Source: Puniceicoccales bacterium (GTDB lineage: Bacteria > Verrucomicrobiota > Verrucomicrobiia > Opitutales > JAIRLM01). From it: a stretch of DNA of 64,000 nt. The position numbers were made by a program, and so were the translations under genes. Below are positions 1 through 8,850 of the stretch, piece by piece. The stretch spans positions 1,886 to 65,885 of the forward strand of contig JAIRXB010000033.1 in assembly GCA_031268535.1 (NCBI GenBank), in the 5' to 3' direction. Position 1 is the stretch's first letter, and the number at the start of each line of letters is the position of its first letter. The notes below the pieces were generated by a model, which made no database searches, was not told the DNA's origin, and worked only from the letters and a program-made list of their open reading frames with translations.

Positions 1-352
1 TGCACAGAGTTATTATTGGCGAATGGAACTTCGAGCTGTGCGCCGCCCCAATGCGGCCGCAGTACTCAACCACACCGGCAGTCGAACAGGCCAAAAAGGA
101 ACAATCCGCCCAATTTATGGCGGAAAAATCTGCACCGATTGACAAATTGCCTGGAAACGCGAATCCAGGCAAATAGTCAAAATTTTCACCGGCCACCCTA
201 GCTGCGTCGGCCCATGGACCATTGCGGGCGACGAGACGAACCTCATGGCCAAGCGACGCCAAATGTAGCGCCATGGCGGTTCCCCACGCTCCAGCACCGA
301 AAATGGCGAATTTCGCCACCGGACCGTTGCATTCGCCTAGAGCAGCAGACAT
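1..352 (-). CDS. gpsA: Glycerol-3-phosphate dehydrogenase [NAD(P)+], N-terminal part; runs off the left edge, so it is absent from the supplied ORF track
   Basis: Own translation of the minus strand from ATG at 352-350: MSAALGECNGPVAKFAIFGAGAWGTAMALHLASLGHEVRLVARNG...AGENFDYLPGFAFPGNL... It has a Rossmann GxGxWG motif and the ENxxYLPG motif typical of GpsA. The frame is open to position 1. Confidence 0.75.
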   Translation of the reverse strand, partial: MSAALGECNGPVAKFAIFGAGAWGTAMALHLASLGHEVRLVARNGPWADAARVAGENFDYLPGFAFPGNLSIGADFSAINWADCSFLACSTAGVVEYCGRIGAAHSSKFHSPIITLC

Positions 353-397
353 TGTGTTGCCCATAGCCATGGGACGTCAACTGGGCAAGCGCATTGT

Positions 398-420
398 GCG
401 CGCCGCCGAAGGCGGCGCGC
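398..420. terminator. Perfect 10-bp GC-rich hairpin between sctR and gpsA; possible terminator or attenuator with no clear U-tract
   Basis: GCGCGCCGCC-gaa-GGCGGCGCGC read directly from the sequence. It lies in the 293-nt gap between the sctR stop (646) and the gpsA start (352). Confidence 0.3.
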
Positions 421-645
421 ACGCAAGCGTCAATTCGCTTCATTTTTTGACGATTTTTCGGCGCAGCCGCCCCAATGGGGCAAACGCAATTATGGCTCTG
501 CGTCCGAGAAAGAACGCCAGAAGGCAGCTGTTTTGCAACTTTTTAGCCGTTGCGCTGCACGCTACGGCTCTTGCACTTGCGGCGTGGACGGCCTACGTGA
601 GCCTTCCGGCCATGAAAATTTTCTCCCCCTAGCCGGACCGAACAG

Positions 646-1311
646 CTAGCGATAGGTAAGCACGAGGCCCTCGATTAGCTTGGACCATCCGTCAGCCAAC
701 ACGAACAGCATCAATTTGAACGGCAAGGAAATTGTCATGGGCGACATCATCATCATGCCAAGCGCCATAAGCACATTAGACACAACAATATCAACCGCTA
801 TGAATGGCAGGAAGAGAAGTACGCCAATTTGGAATGAAGTGGTCAGCTCGCTAACCGTAAACGCCGGCACCAAAATGAGGAAATCGCTGCTGGATATGTT
901 GTTGAAGTCATCCTTTGGCCACAGCCGGGCTGCCGCATTCATGAAAAATGTGCGACTGTTTATGGAGGAATGGCGCAGCAAAAAGCGCCGCAGCGGCTCG
1001 CCAATGCGCTGCAAATGACCCGGCAGCTTCTCTATTTCCTGCAGCGAAAACTCGCTTTCGATGGCGATCTTCATTGTCTCCTTCGCCACCGGAGCCATGA
1101 CGTAGATCGTTATAATTAGCGCTAATCCGTTCAGTACGAGATTTGGCGGAACCTGCTGCGTGCCAAGGGCGTTGCGCACCAAACCGAGGACGATGACGAT
1201 CTTTACGAAAGACGTCACCATCAACATGAAGAACGGCGCAACGCCGAGAACCGTGATGAGGACAATGACCGTAATTGGGTCGTAGGTGAAAAAATTGGCC
1301 GCGGTGTTCAT
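646..1311 (-). CDS. sctR: Type III secretion export-apparatus protein SctR (YscR/HrcR family)
   Basis: The 221-aa ORF is collinear with YscR as I remember it: TSFVKIVIVLGLVRNALGTQQVPPN, LILVPAFTVSELTTSFQIGVLLFLPFIAVDIVVSNVLMALGMMMMSPMTISLPFKLMLFVL. It has four hydrophobic segments and no FliP-type cleavable signal peptide. Confidence 0.9.
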   Translation of the reverse strand: MNTAANFFTYDPITVIVLITVLGVAPFFMLMVTSFVKIVIVLGLVRNALGTQQVPPNLVLNGLALIITIYVMAPVAKETMKIAIESEFSLQEIEKLPGHLQRIGEPLRRFLLRHSSINSRTFFMNAAARLWPKDDFNNISSSDFLILVPAFTVSELTTSFQIGVLLFLPFIAVDIVVSNVLMALGMMMMSPMTISLPFKLMLFVLADGWSKLIEGLVLTYR

Positions 1312-1360
1312 GGTTTTGGCCGATTCTCGATGGAAGCGCTAGACATTCAAGCACCTTCGC

Positions 1361-2170
1361 CTAGCCATTCAATTCAACGATCTGCACGCCAACGCGGCCG
1401 TCTATGTTGACGAGTCGACCGCGACCGATTGGCTGGCCATTGGCCCGTATGGCGACATGTTCATCGTTGGGTCGCTCCAGCGTAAATGAATAGCCCTCTT
1501 TGATGCTCTCAAGATCTCTTAGCGAAATGCGCAACGTCCCAAGATCGAAAGTCAAACTGACTTCTATGGCGCCAACGTCAAACCCCTCCCTCGGCCTCGG
1601 CGCCAATGCCGCATAGGCCACATCCTTCAGCATGGCCTCAGCTCTCTCGTGAATTGGCCAGCTATCGCCACCAATGGCCCCATCACCCATGCCATCACCT
1701 ATGTCGTCACCGTCTCCGTTGTCCACATCTTCGTCGGAAGAATCCTTCTCTTCTTCCTCATCCTCCTCATCCTCAACGACATTTTTCTCTTCCGCCGGCA
1801 ATTTGTCTAAATTTTTCGGAGCATCATCGTCGCCATCCACGCCGTCTGGGGCCGTTCCGTCGGCCACCGCAGACTCGGCGGAATCGTCAACGTCCTCGTC
1901 ATCTTTTTCCTCATCCGAGTCGTCTTCGCCGCCATCGTCATCGTCTTCGGCATCGTCATCGTCTTCGTCCAAATCGTCATCCTCGTCCCAGTCCTTTTCG
2001 TCGTCATCCTCCTCTCCGTCATCGTCTTCGCCAAGTTTATCAACGTCGAGCTCATCGTCATCGGAATCCTCGCCGTCCCCATCCAGCAATTCATCATCCA
2101 ACTCATCGCCATCTTCGGACGAGACATCACCGTGTGCATTTTCCTTTTTTAACTTCGAACCCGTGGCCAT
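1361..2170 (-). CDS. SpoA-domain protein in the SctQ-C / HrcQb position, with a ~170-aa poly-acidic N-terminal region
   Basis: The track ORF is 1361-2239; I start it at ATG 2170 (MATGSKLKK). The C-terminal VSLTFDLGTLRISLRDLESIKEGYSFTLERP..VAIRANGQPIGRGRLVNIDGRVGVQIVELNG looks like a FliN/SpoA fold. The gene lies immediately upstream of sctR. Residues ~14-185 are almost only D/E/G/S. Confidence 0.6.
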   Translation of the reverse strand: MATGSKLKKENAHGDVSSEDGDELDDELLDGDGEDSDDDELDVDKLGEDDDGEEDDDEKDWDEDDDLDEDDDDAEDDDDGGEDDSDEEKDDEDVDDSAESAVADGTAPDGVDGDDDAPKNLDKLPAEEKNVVEDEEDEEEEKDSSDEDVDNGDGDDIGDGMGDGAIGGDSWPIHERAEAMLKDVAYAALAPRPREGFDVGAIEVSLTFDLGTLRISLRDLESIKEGYSFTLERPNDEHVAIRANGQPIGRGRLVNIDGRVGVQIVELNG

Positions 2171-2340
2171 GATAAGTTCCTTCGCGCCCGCGCAATAGGC
2201 AAGATGTGAGCAGTTTACGGCGCAGCGGCCACGACGCAACAGGAAAATCTCACAAAGAATTCCACCGGCGCCGCCGGCGCCAAAAATTCAAAATGAAACG
2301 CACCGTTTTGGAAAATCGGCCACGTCTCCAAAGACTTATG

Positions 2341-2418
<78 letters not shown>

Positions 2419-2534
2419 GCAAATCAGCCACAGAGCTAGGGGCGCCACTTTGACTGGCAAGTTTATTTTCGTCGCCAGCGGAATAAGTTTTTCCCCAAAC
2501 CTGCACGCCTAGGCTGTCCGGAGCCCAAAGGCGA

Positions 2535-3464
2535 TTACGGCTCGCCGCTTGCGTCGACGGCTTCTTCGGCGGAACATGCGCAGCAGTGCGGCAGATTTTT
2601 TTTTGCCAGCGACAGCAGCACGCGCCCGGCTCCGCATTCCACAAACCGATTCGCACCAAGATCATGGGCCGTACGCATGCAGCAGTCCCAGCGCACAGGA
2701 GATGTAATCTGTTCCAGCAAAAGGCGGCGAATCTCTTCGCCATCGCACAGCGCAGCGCCACTAACGTTCGACAAAATCGGTAGGCTCGGATTGCCAATCG
2801 TCAAACTGGCGAGATGCGTCGAAAATCGTCTGCGAGCCGGCTCCATTAGCGGGCTGTGGTAGGCGCCGGCAACTCGCAATGGAATAATCCTTCGAATGCC
2901 AAACTCGGCGGCCCTCCCAATCGCTTCACGAACCCTATGGCGTTCGCCGGAAACGACAACTTGGTCTGAAGCATTTACATTGGCCACAAACAGGGAGCAG
3001 GCGGAGCAAAATTCTTCGACACGTCCAAGGTCCGCGCCGACGGCCGCCGCCATGGATCCTGGATTTAGTGCTCCGGCCTCCTCCATGCACTTCGCCCTGA
3101 GCATCACGGCACGCAATCCGTCGCAAAATGTTAGCGCTCCAGAAGCAGCCAGGGCAGTCCATTCGCCAAGACTAAACCCGGCAAAGGCACGCAGATCCCC
3201 AAGCAGACCGCCGTCCCGAAGCGCACAAAATGCCGCATAGCCAACAACATAGAGCGCCGGCTGACAAATTTCCGGCTCAGTCAACTTTTCGATTGGTCCG
3301 CCGAGACAAATGGAGCGCAAATCGTAGCCGAGCAACTCCTCTGCGGCCGCAAAAACGCCACGGCCATCATCGGCAACCGCCCCAAGGAAGTCTTTCCCCA
3401 TGCCAACGAACTGCGACCCCTGGCCGCTAAACAGCAGGGCAAGACCACTGTGCCCGTTCTCCAT
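2535..3464 (-). CDS. fabD: Malonyl CoA-ACP transacylase
   Basis: Starts at ATG 3464 (MENGHSGLALLFSGQGSQFVGMGKDF). It has the GQGSQ motif and the active-site GFSLGE motif (AGFSLGEWTALAASG). The track ORF extends to 3551 and would overlap pnp. Confidence 0.85.
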   Translation of the reverse strand: MENGHSGLALLFSGQGSQFVGMGKDFLGAVADDGRGVFAAAEELLGYDLRSICLGGPIEKLTEPEICQPALYVVGYAAFCALRDGGLLGDLRAFAGFSLGEWTALAASGALTFCDGLRAVMLRAKCMEEAGALNPGSMAAAVGADLGRVEEFCSACSLFVANVNASDQVVVSGERHRVREAIGRAAEFGIRRIIPLRVAGAYHSPLMEPARRRFSTHLASLTIGNPSLPILSNVSGAALCDGEEIRRLLLEQITSPVRWDCCMRTAHDLGANRFVECGAGRVLLSLAKKNLPHCCACSAEEAVDASGEP

Positions 3465-3493
3465 TGCAAAAAACTTGCCAGCAAAACTGCCAC

Positions 3494-5767
3494 TCACAGG
3501 TAGCTGCGGCGGCGGTCTCCGCCTTGCCGCATGCCCGATTTGTGTCCGCACTGGCGGCCGCGATCGTCGTAACTCTCTCTCCTGGAGCCACCCTCTCGCC
3601 TATCGTTCTGCCTGCATTCGTACGGAATCCCCCTGGCGGCACAAATTGCGGCGCGGCGACTGAGCCGGACACGCCCCTTTTCGTCCACGCCAATGCAGCT
3701 CACAACCATTTCGTCGCCGACCTTGCACACGTCCCCAACTTCTTCTACGCGTCCATCGGCCAATTCGGACACGTGCACGAGACCCTCCTTCCCCGGAAGG
3801 CATTCGACGAATGCGCCAAATTCCTTGACGGTGCGCACGACGCCGCGGTAGGTCTTGCCGACCTCTATTTCGCTATTCAGCAACTCAATTTCGCGCGTGG
3901 CGGCATCCATCGATTCCTGTGACGTCGCAAAAATTGACACGCGGCCGCTGTTGTCTTGGCACACATTAACCTGCGCGCCAGTGTCATCCACTATGCGCTT
4001 GATATTTTTCCCGCCGGGACCGATGAGCGCACCGATTTTGTCGGGCGAAATCCGCAACTGCTTCACACGCGGAGTCCATGGGCGCATCTCCGGCCGCGGG
4101 CCGCCTATGGCTTTTTTTATGGCTTTGAGTATCTCCATACGCGCCAAGCGGCTGCGTTCAACCGCCTCCCGCGCAATGGCCATCGGCAGTCCGTCAATTT
4201 TCAAATCAAGCTGGAAGCCCGTTATGCCGGTCTCCGTTCCAGCTATCTTAAAATCCATGTCCCCAAAATGATCTTCCAATCCGCTAATGTCGGTCAATAG
4301 CACATGGTTGGCCACATTGCCTTCGCCGTCCCTGCTGGTCACTAGGCCAATCGAAATGCCGGCAACGCAATCCAAAATCGGCACACCGGCGTCCAAAAGG
4401 GCTGCCGTTCCTGCGCAGACCGTCGCCATGGACGAAGAGCCATTCGATTCGAGGATCTCGGAAACGAGTCGAATGGAATAGGGAAACGTCTCCGCATCGG
4501 GAATGATGGATAGCAAAGAACGTTCTGCCAGAGCGCCATGGCCGATTTCACGCCGACCCGGACTTCCGAAACGGCCGGTTTCTCCGACGGAAAATGGAGG
4601 GAAGTTGTAGTGCACAATGAACGATTTCTCGTTCGTCCCGCCGCTGATTCCGTCAAGCGCTTGGGCGTCACGGCTAGTGCCAAGGGTAAGCGACACCATG
4701 GCCTGCGTTTCGCCGCGGCGGAATAGGGAAACGCCGTGAACGCGCGGAAGAAAGCCCACGTCGCAGCGTATGGTGCGCAATTCATCCGGAGCTCGCCCGT
4801 CGCTGCGTTCTCCTCCCAAAATTCTCTCCCTATAAAATTCGGAACAAATCTCATCGGCGATGGCGGCAATGGCTTGAGGTGAAACGCCTTCCCCAAATTT
4901 CTCCAAAACTGCCACCGCCATGCGTCCGCGGACGTGCTCCGACCTTGCGGCAAATTCGCGCAGGTCGGCGGTGCACGCCAGCGACCGCAATTCCGCTCCA
5001 AAGAGATCGCGGCAGTGTGCACAAACGCCATCGGGCGCCGCATTTAGCTGAAATTTCCGCCTGGTCTTCGCAACCTTTTCCGCCAGACGAAGCTGCGCCC
5101 CAATGACTGGGGCAACATTTTCCTGTGCGAATTCAAGTGCCTCAATGAACCTGCTTTCCGGAATCTGATCGCCACTGCCCTCGGCCATCAGCATGTGGCG
5201 CCCATTGGAGACGTACACGAGATCCAAATTCGACTCATACAGCTCTGCGTTGGTGGGGTTTAGCACAAATTTCCCGCCAATCTCGCCGACCCGCACGCAG
5301 CCGATGGGCCCGCCCCATGGGATATCGGAACAGAGCAGGGCAGCAGACGCGCCATTCACCATGAGCACATCCGGCTCATTGGCCAAATCGGCGGCCAGCA
5401 GGAGCCCCACCACCTGCACTTCGTTGCGGAAACCCTTCGGGAAGAGCGGTCGCAGCGGACGGTCGCAGAGACGCGCCGTGAGAATTTCCTTTTCCGAAGG
5501 GCGCCCTTCGCGGCGGACGTAGCCGCCAGGAAACCGTCCGGCGGCGCAAAATTTTTCCCTATACTCCACGCTTAGCGGGAAATAGTCGTGCTCAGGCGAA
5601 GCCTTTGGCGCCGCCGTCGCCGCCACGAACACAACCGTCTCGCCGAGCTGAACTGTGACAGCGCCACCGGCCCTTCCCGCAAGGCCGCCAGCCGAAAACC
5701 TAATCGCAACGCCGTCGGCAACCTCTTCGTGCTCATGCAGTGACCCAATGGTCTGACTCTCTTCCAT
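3494..5767 (-). CDS. pnp: Polyribonucleotide nucleotidyltransferase (PNPase) with an Arg-rich C-terminal tail
   Basis: The 757-aa ORF has two RNase PH domains ([19 protein letters not shown]), a KH domain ([18 protein letters not shown]) and an S1 domain ([16 protein letters not shown]). It sits downstream of rpsO, the canonical arrangement. Confidence 0.95.
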   Translation of the reverse strand: MEESQTIGSLHEHEEVADGVAIRFSAGGLAGRAGGAVTVQLGETVVFVAATAAPKASPEHDYFPLSVEYREKFCAAGRFPGGYVRREGRPSEKEILTARLCDRPLRPLFPKGFRNEVQVVGLLLAADLANEPDVLMVNGASAALLCSDIPWGGPIGCVRVGEIGGKFVLNPTNAELYESNLDLVYVSNGRHMLMAEGSGDQIPESRFIEALEFAQENVAPVIGAQLRLAEKVAKTRRKFQLNAAPDGVCAHCRDLFGAELRSLACTADLREFAARSEHVRGRMAVAVLEKFGEGVSPQAIAAIADEICSEFYRERILGGERSDGRAPDELRTIRCDVGFLPRVHGVSLFRRGETQAMVSLTLGTSRDAQALDGISGGTNEKSFIVHYNFPPFSVGETGRFGSPGRREIGHGALAERSLLSIIPDAETFPYSIRLVSEILESNGSSSMATVCAGTAALLDAGVPILDCVAGISIGLVTSRDGEGNVANHVLLTDISGLEDHFGDMDFKIAGTETGITGFQLDLKIDGLPMAIAREAVERSRLARMEILKAIKKAIGGPRPEMRPWTPRVKQLRISPDKIGALIGPGGKNIKRIVDDTGAQVNVCQDNSGRVSIFATSQESMDAATREIELLNSEIEVGKTYRGVVRTVKEFGAFVECLPGKEGLVHVSELADGRVEEVGDVCKVGDEMVVSCIGVDEKGRVRLSRRAAICAARGIPYECRQNDRREGGSRRESYDDRGRQCGHKSGMRQGGDRRRSYL

Positions 5768-5785
5768 TAATTTATCCCACTAAAC

Positions 5786-5823
5786 GCCAGAAATGCCACC
5801 GCCAACGGCGGGGCCAAACTGGC
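5786..5823 (-). promoter_or_regulatory. Stem-loop in the rpsO-pnp intergenic region; candidate rpsO terminator or pnp-leader processing hairpin
   Basis: GCCAG...CTGGC outer stem with an inner CCGCC/GGCGG stem, read from the sequence. The position matches the RNase III-processed pnp leader known in E. coli, but the analogy is by position only. Confidence 0.25.
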
Positions 5824-5861
5824 ACAAAAATTATCAATAAATGCGCGCCAAGAAAAATTTA

Positions 5862-6125
5862 CTACTTCCGCAGGCCAAGGGCATGGATTATGGCGCCATA
5901 CTTGCCCTCATCCCTGTGGCGGACATAGGCCAATAGTCTTCTGCGCCTGTTGGCCATGGCGATGAGCCCGCGGCGCGAATGGAAGTCCTTCCTGTGCTCC
6001 CGAAGATGCTCAGTTAGTTGGCGAATGCGCGCAGACAGCAGCGCAATCTGAACATCGCACGATCCGGTATCATTTTCGCTCAGTCGAAATTCAGCAATAA
6101 CCTCGCTCTTTGCTTTCCGATTCAT
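5862..6125 (-). CDS. rpsO: 30S ribosomal protein S15
   Basis: The 87-aa product starts at ATG 6125: MNRKAKSEVIAEFRLSENDTGSCDVQIALLSARIRQLTEHLREHRKDFHSRRGLIAMANRRRRLLAYV. The track ORF is artificially extended to 6455. Confidence 0.9.
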   Translation of the reverse strand: MNRKAKSEVIAEFRLSENDTGSCDVQIALLSARIRQLTEHLREHRKDFHSRRGLIAMANRRRRLLAYVRHRDEGKYGAIIHALGLRK

Positions 6126-6327
6126 AGTTACAATTCCAACAAATACTTTTACGTCGCAGATAACCCCGCCCACGTGCGTCAGACGCCAGGACGACTCCCG
6201 GTTCCGCAGGAAATCCGGCGGCACCAAAGATTCTTTCCTTTCAGCAAAGTCCAAGGTTTCATGGGTGAATGCAAGACAAAAAATGCAGAAGGCAGCAAGC
6301 AATTGCGAAGTGGCCGCATTTGGCCCC

Positions 6328-7089
6328 CTAGAACGTAATTTCCGTGCCGGCCACAAGCCAGAGGAGGCTGCGGCGCCCGCCCATGGAATTGTTCCAGTTC
6401 CCCTTTGAGGCGGCATTGCCGGCCCAGCGGACGCCGACGTAGGAGTAAGTTCCATGACTCCGCCTCAGCGCCATATCGCCGCCCCATCCGTAAAAAAGGA
6501 AGCCCGGCTTGCAGCCTGGCGCAATGGCGCTGAAAAAGTTCGCGGCGCCGCCGGGCCTGGCGCAATGGTCGTAGCCTACGGAGATGGAGCTCCTGACGGA
6601 AATGGCGGAAGAGGCGTCAAATATGAGCAGGTCCGCCGCCAGCGACGTTGAGAGGCTCCCATTGAAATCCCTCTCTTCGAAGCAGTACGACATTGCGCAC
6701 TCCAAAAAAAGGTCGCCGCCCACGCGAGCCGTAGCGTAGAGTTCATTGGCGCGGGAGCGGCAATCGGTGCGGAAATAGAAATAGGACCTATAGCCAAAAT
6801 CCAAAGTGTAAAGGCCGTCGGCGCCAACGATATAGCTAATGCGAGGCGCAACCTTGTTTGAGCCTCTGGCGCCATCCATTAGGCGAACGTCCGCGCCCAG
6901 CCGAATGGCTCCGCGTGCGAAATCGTTTAGGACAGAAAATGATAGCTCCTCCTTGCCCTTGCCGCACTTGGAGCCGTTAATTGCGTGCTCGCTGCTATGG
7001 CCCGTTGACACATCGAAACTCAATGCCATCGCGAACGGCGACGGTAAAAGAAGAAAAAAAATGGCAGCAAAAAATCGTTTCATCGGCAA
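6328..7089 (-). CDS. Putative outer-membrane beta-barrel protein of unassigned family
   Basis: It has an N-terminal signal peptide (MKRFFAAIFFLLLPSPFAMA), alternating hydrophobic/polar strands rich in Y/G/S, and a C-terminal ...VAGTEITF ending in Phe, as in many OMPs. Confidence 0.45.
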   Translation of the reverse strand: MPMKRFFAAIFFLLLPSPFAMALSFDVSTGHSSEHAINGSKCGKGKEELSFSVLNDFARGAIRLGADVRLMDGARGSNKVAPRISYIVGADGLYTLDFGYRSYFYFRTDCRSRANELYATARVGGDLFLECAMSYCFEERDFNGSLSTSLAADLLIFDASSAISVRSSISVGYDHCARPGGAANFFSAIAPGCKPGFLFYGWGGDMALRRSHGTYSYVGVRWAGNAASKGNWNNSMGGRRSLLWLVAGTEITF

Positions 7090-7273
7090 TCCCTCCGTTA
7101 GCGGAAGAGACCGTTTGCACCATTATTTGTGGATGCAACAAAAAAAAATCAAATGGGTCCTTTTGCCGAAAGAAGCCAACAGCCGTAATGGCGCGAAAAA
7201 TTTCGCAGCAGGCGCTTGGTAGATTTTCCCGTGGCCCTAGGCGCGACTACTTGCCCGGACGGGGTAGTCAAAG

Positions 7274-8803
7274 TCACCGTATGCTTCTCATCACCGCATC
7301 GAGCGTCTTTGCGGCCTTCCTTGTTTGTTTTAGCTGCCATTTGTCGCACTCTCCACCTTTAACGGTCGCTTCACCAACTGCGCGCCGGTAAAAGGAAGCG
7401 GCTCGACTTGGGAGCCCATCAAGGTCTCCCGACAATAGCCGTTTACACATTTGGCCAGCGGAGGCGCGCAATGAATTTATAATTTCAATGATCCCGTTCA
7501 ATGCGTCGATGTCGATGCGTTCTCCGTCGGCAGATATGACGTCGCGCTCGTAATTGCGCGCCATTTCATTGGGCGCCTTCGCCAAGCATAGGCACAGCGT
7601 GGAGCCGCCTTCGAAGTTGGGACAGTCAAGCGAACAAAGCCGCCGAAAGAAATACTCATCCACGCAGCACGTCCCATCACCGAACGGCTCAATGGGCCCT
7701 CGCGGTTCACGCGCCGAAAGTCTGAAGCAACCCAATTGATCGCCGAGAGAGATATAAAAGGAACTGTGGAGACATAGAACTTCGCACTTTAAAATGGCCA
7801 CAATGTCGTCCTTGGACAACTCGCGGCACTCGTCACTGCCACAATAATGCTTTTGTATGAGATCGCCAACGGCACGACCTCCCTCCGTGTCTTTTTTTTG
7901 CAGCCAAAAATTATAGGCCCTGTTCACATCGTCGGTGGAAACCAAACTTGAAAACAGCTCATCCACAGAAAAGCTAGTTTCTTCTCTCCGTTCGTCGCAC
8001 AAAGCGCGGAATGCATAGGCTTTCCCATGGAACTTTCGGCCGTCATTTTGAGCATTCGTCACGGCGTCAACGTAATCCAAAATCGCAAAAAACCTCTGGG
8101 CGTCGGCTTCCGAAAAACTTTCCGCCGCCACAACGGTGTCGTCGGCCACTTTGGAAACAGCACGGACGGCCTCGGCAAATCTTGTGATGAACTGTCCGTT
8201 CGCCTTCGGGCAGCGGAATTCACCGCCACTAATGGAACGACTCCACCACGCCGCTGGAGCAATTTCTGCGTCGGCGCCGATGGCTCGCTTCAGCGCTTTG
8301 AGCTTTTCTGGATCCTTGACGCAATCCAAAATAATGCGCCCAGCGGAACTTCCGTCGCGTTGCCCTGCAGTGAAAATTCTGTTGGCATAGCCCTCCAGGA
8401 CCGCCTCGACATTTTCAGGCGCCATGCGGGCGCTTTTGCTTCCCAGTCTTGCTGCGTCCTCCACAAAACCTTCGGCCTCAATCATAAACTTAATAATACA
8501 TAGGCCGAGCAGCCAAATCAGCAAAATTCCGCCTATGGCCATTGAGACCCAAAAGGCGACCTTCTGCGCATCCGTAATGGTCGTACCGCAAAACTGCGCC
8601 ACCATCGGTCCAAACGCACCTTTTTTTGCCAGTTCGCAAAACTGCGGCTCCGTAACATGGCGAAGCAATTGCCCGCTATCGCTAACGTAGGTTTTATGCA
8701 GCATTTTGCCTATGGCGCCGCCGGCAACATAGTTAACTATGGCCGCTTCTGATGGGAGATGAAACATCTTTTCACATACTGCATATCGCCAATCTTTAGT
8801 CAA
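7274..8803 (-). CDS. Hypothetical Cys-rich protein with one ~27-residue hydrophobic segment near the N-terminus; candidate secreted or membrane-inserted protein
   Basis: A 509-aa ORF with no motif I recognise. The hydrophobic stretch is VAFWVSMAIGGILLIWLLGLCIIKFMI at about residues 83-110. The architecture resembles the 14303-15925 family. Confidence 0.45.
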   Translation of the reverse strand: MTKDWRYAVCEKMFHLPSEAAIVNYVAGGAIGKMLHKTYVSDSGQLLRHVTEPQFCELAKKGAFGPMVAQFCGTTITDAQKVAFWVSMAIGGILLIWLLGLCIIKFMIEAEGFVEDAARLGSKSARMAPENVEAVLEGYANRIFTAGQRDGSSAGRIILDCVKDPEKLKALKRAIGADAEIAPAAWWSRSISGGEFRCPKANGQFITRFAEAVRAVSKVADDTVVAAESFSEADAQRFFAILDYVDAVTNAQNDGRKFHGKAYAFRALCDERREETSFSVDELFSSLVSTDDVNRAYNFWLQKKDTEGGRAVGDLIQKHYCGSDECRELSKDDIVAILKCEVLCLHSSFYISLGDQLGCFRLSAREPRGPIEPFGDGTCCVDEYFFRRLCSLDCPNFEGGSTLCLCLAKAPNEMARNYERDVISADGERIDIDALNGIIEIINSLRASAGQMCKRLLSGDLDGLPSRAASFYRRAVGEATVKGGECDKWQLKQTRKAAKTLDAVMRSIR

Positions 8804-8850
8804 GCCTATCAGCTATTTTTCACGGCCTTCCAGCGATAGCCAATGGCCGC

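Noticed and set aside
222-632. 136-aa plus-strand ORF at the left end
   Set aside because: Its first ~130 nt are antisense to a well-supported gpsA N-terminus, and the rest covers the hairpin-containing intergenic gap. The composition is Ala/Arg-rich, typical of antisense frames in GC-rich DNA, and there is no motif.
908-1354. 148-aa minus-strand ORF overlapping sctR in another frame, and the 112-aa plus-strand ORF 680-1018
   Set aside because: Both are fully embedded in the strongly supported sctR coding region, so they are overlap artefacts.
1606-2198. Plus-strand ORFs of 188 aa (His/Pro/Arg-rich) and 174 aa (poly-Ser)
   Set aside because: They are antisense translations of the GAN-rich acidic tract of the SpoA-domain gene. 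This is a low-complexity mirror image, not independent genes.
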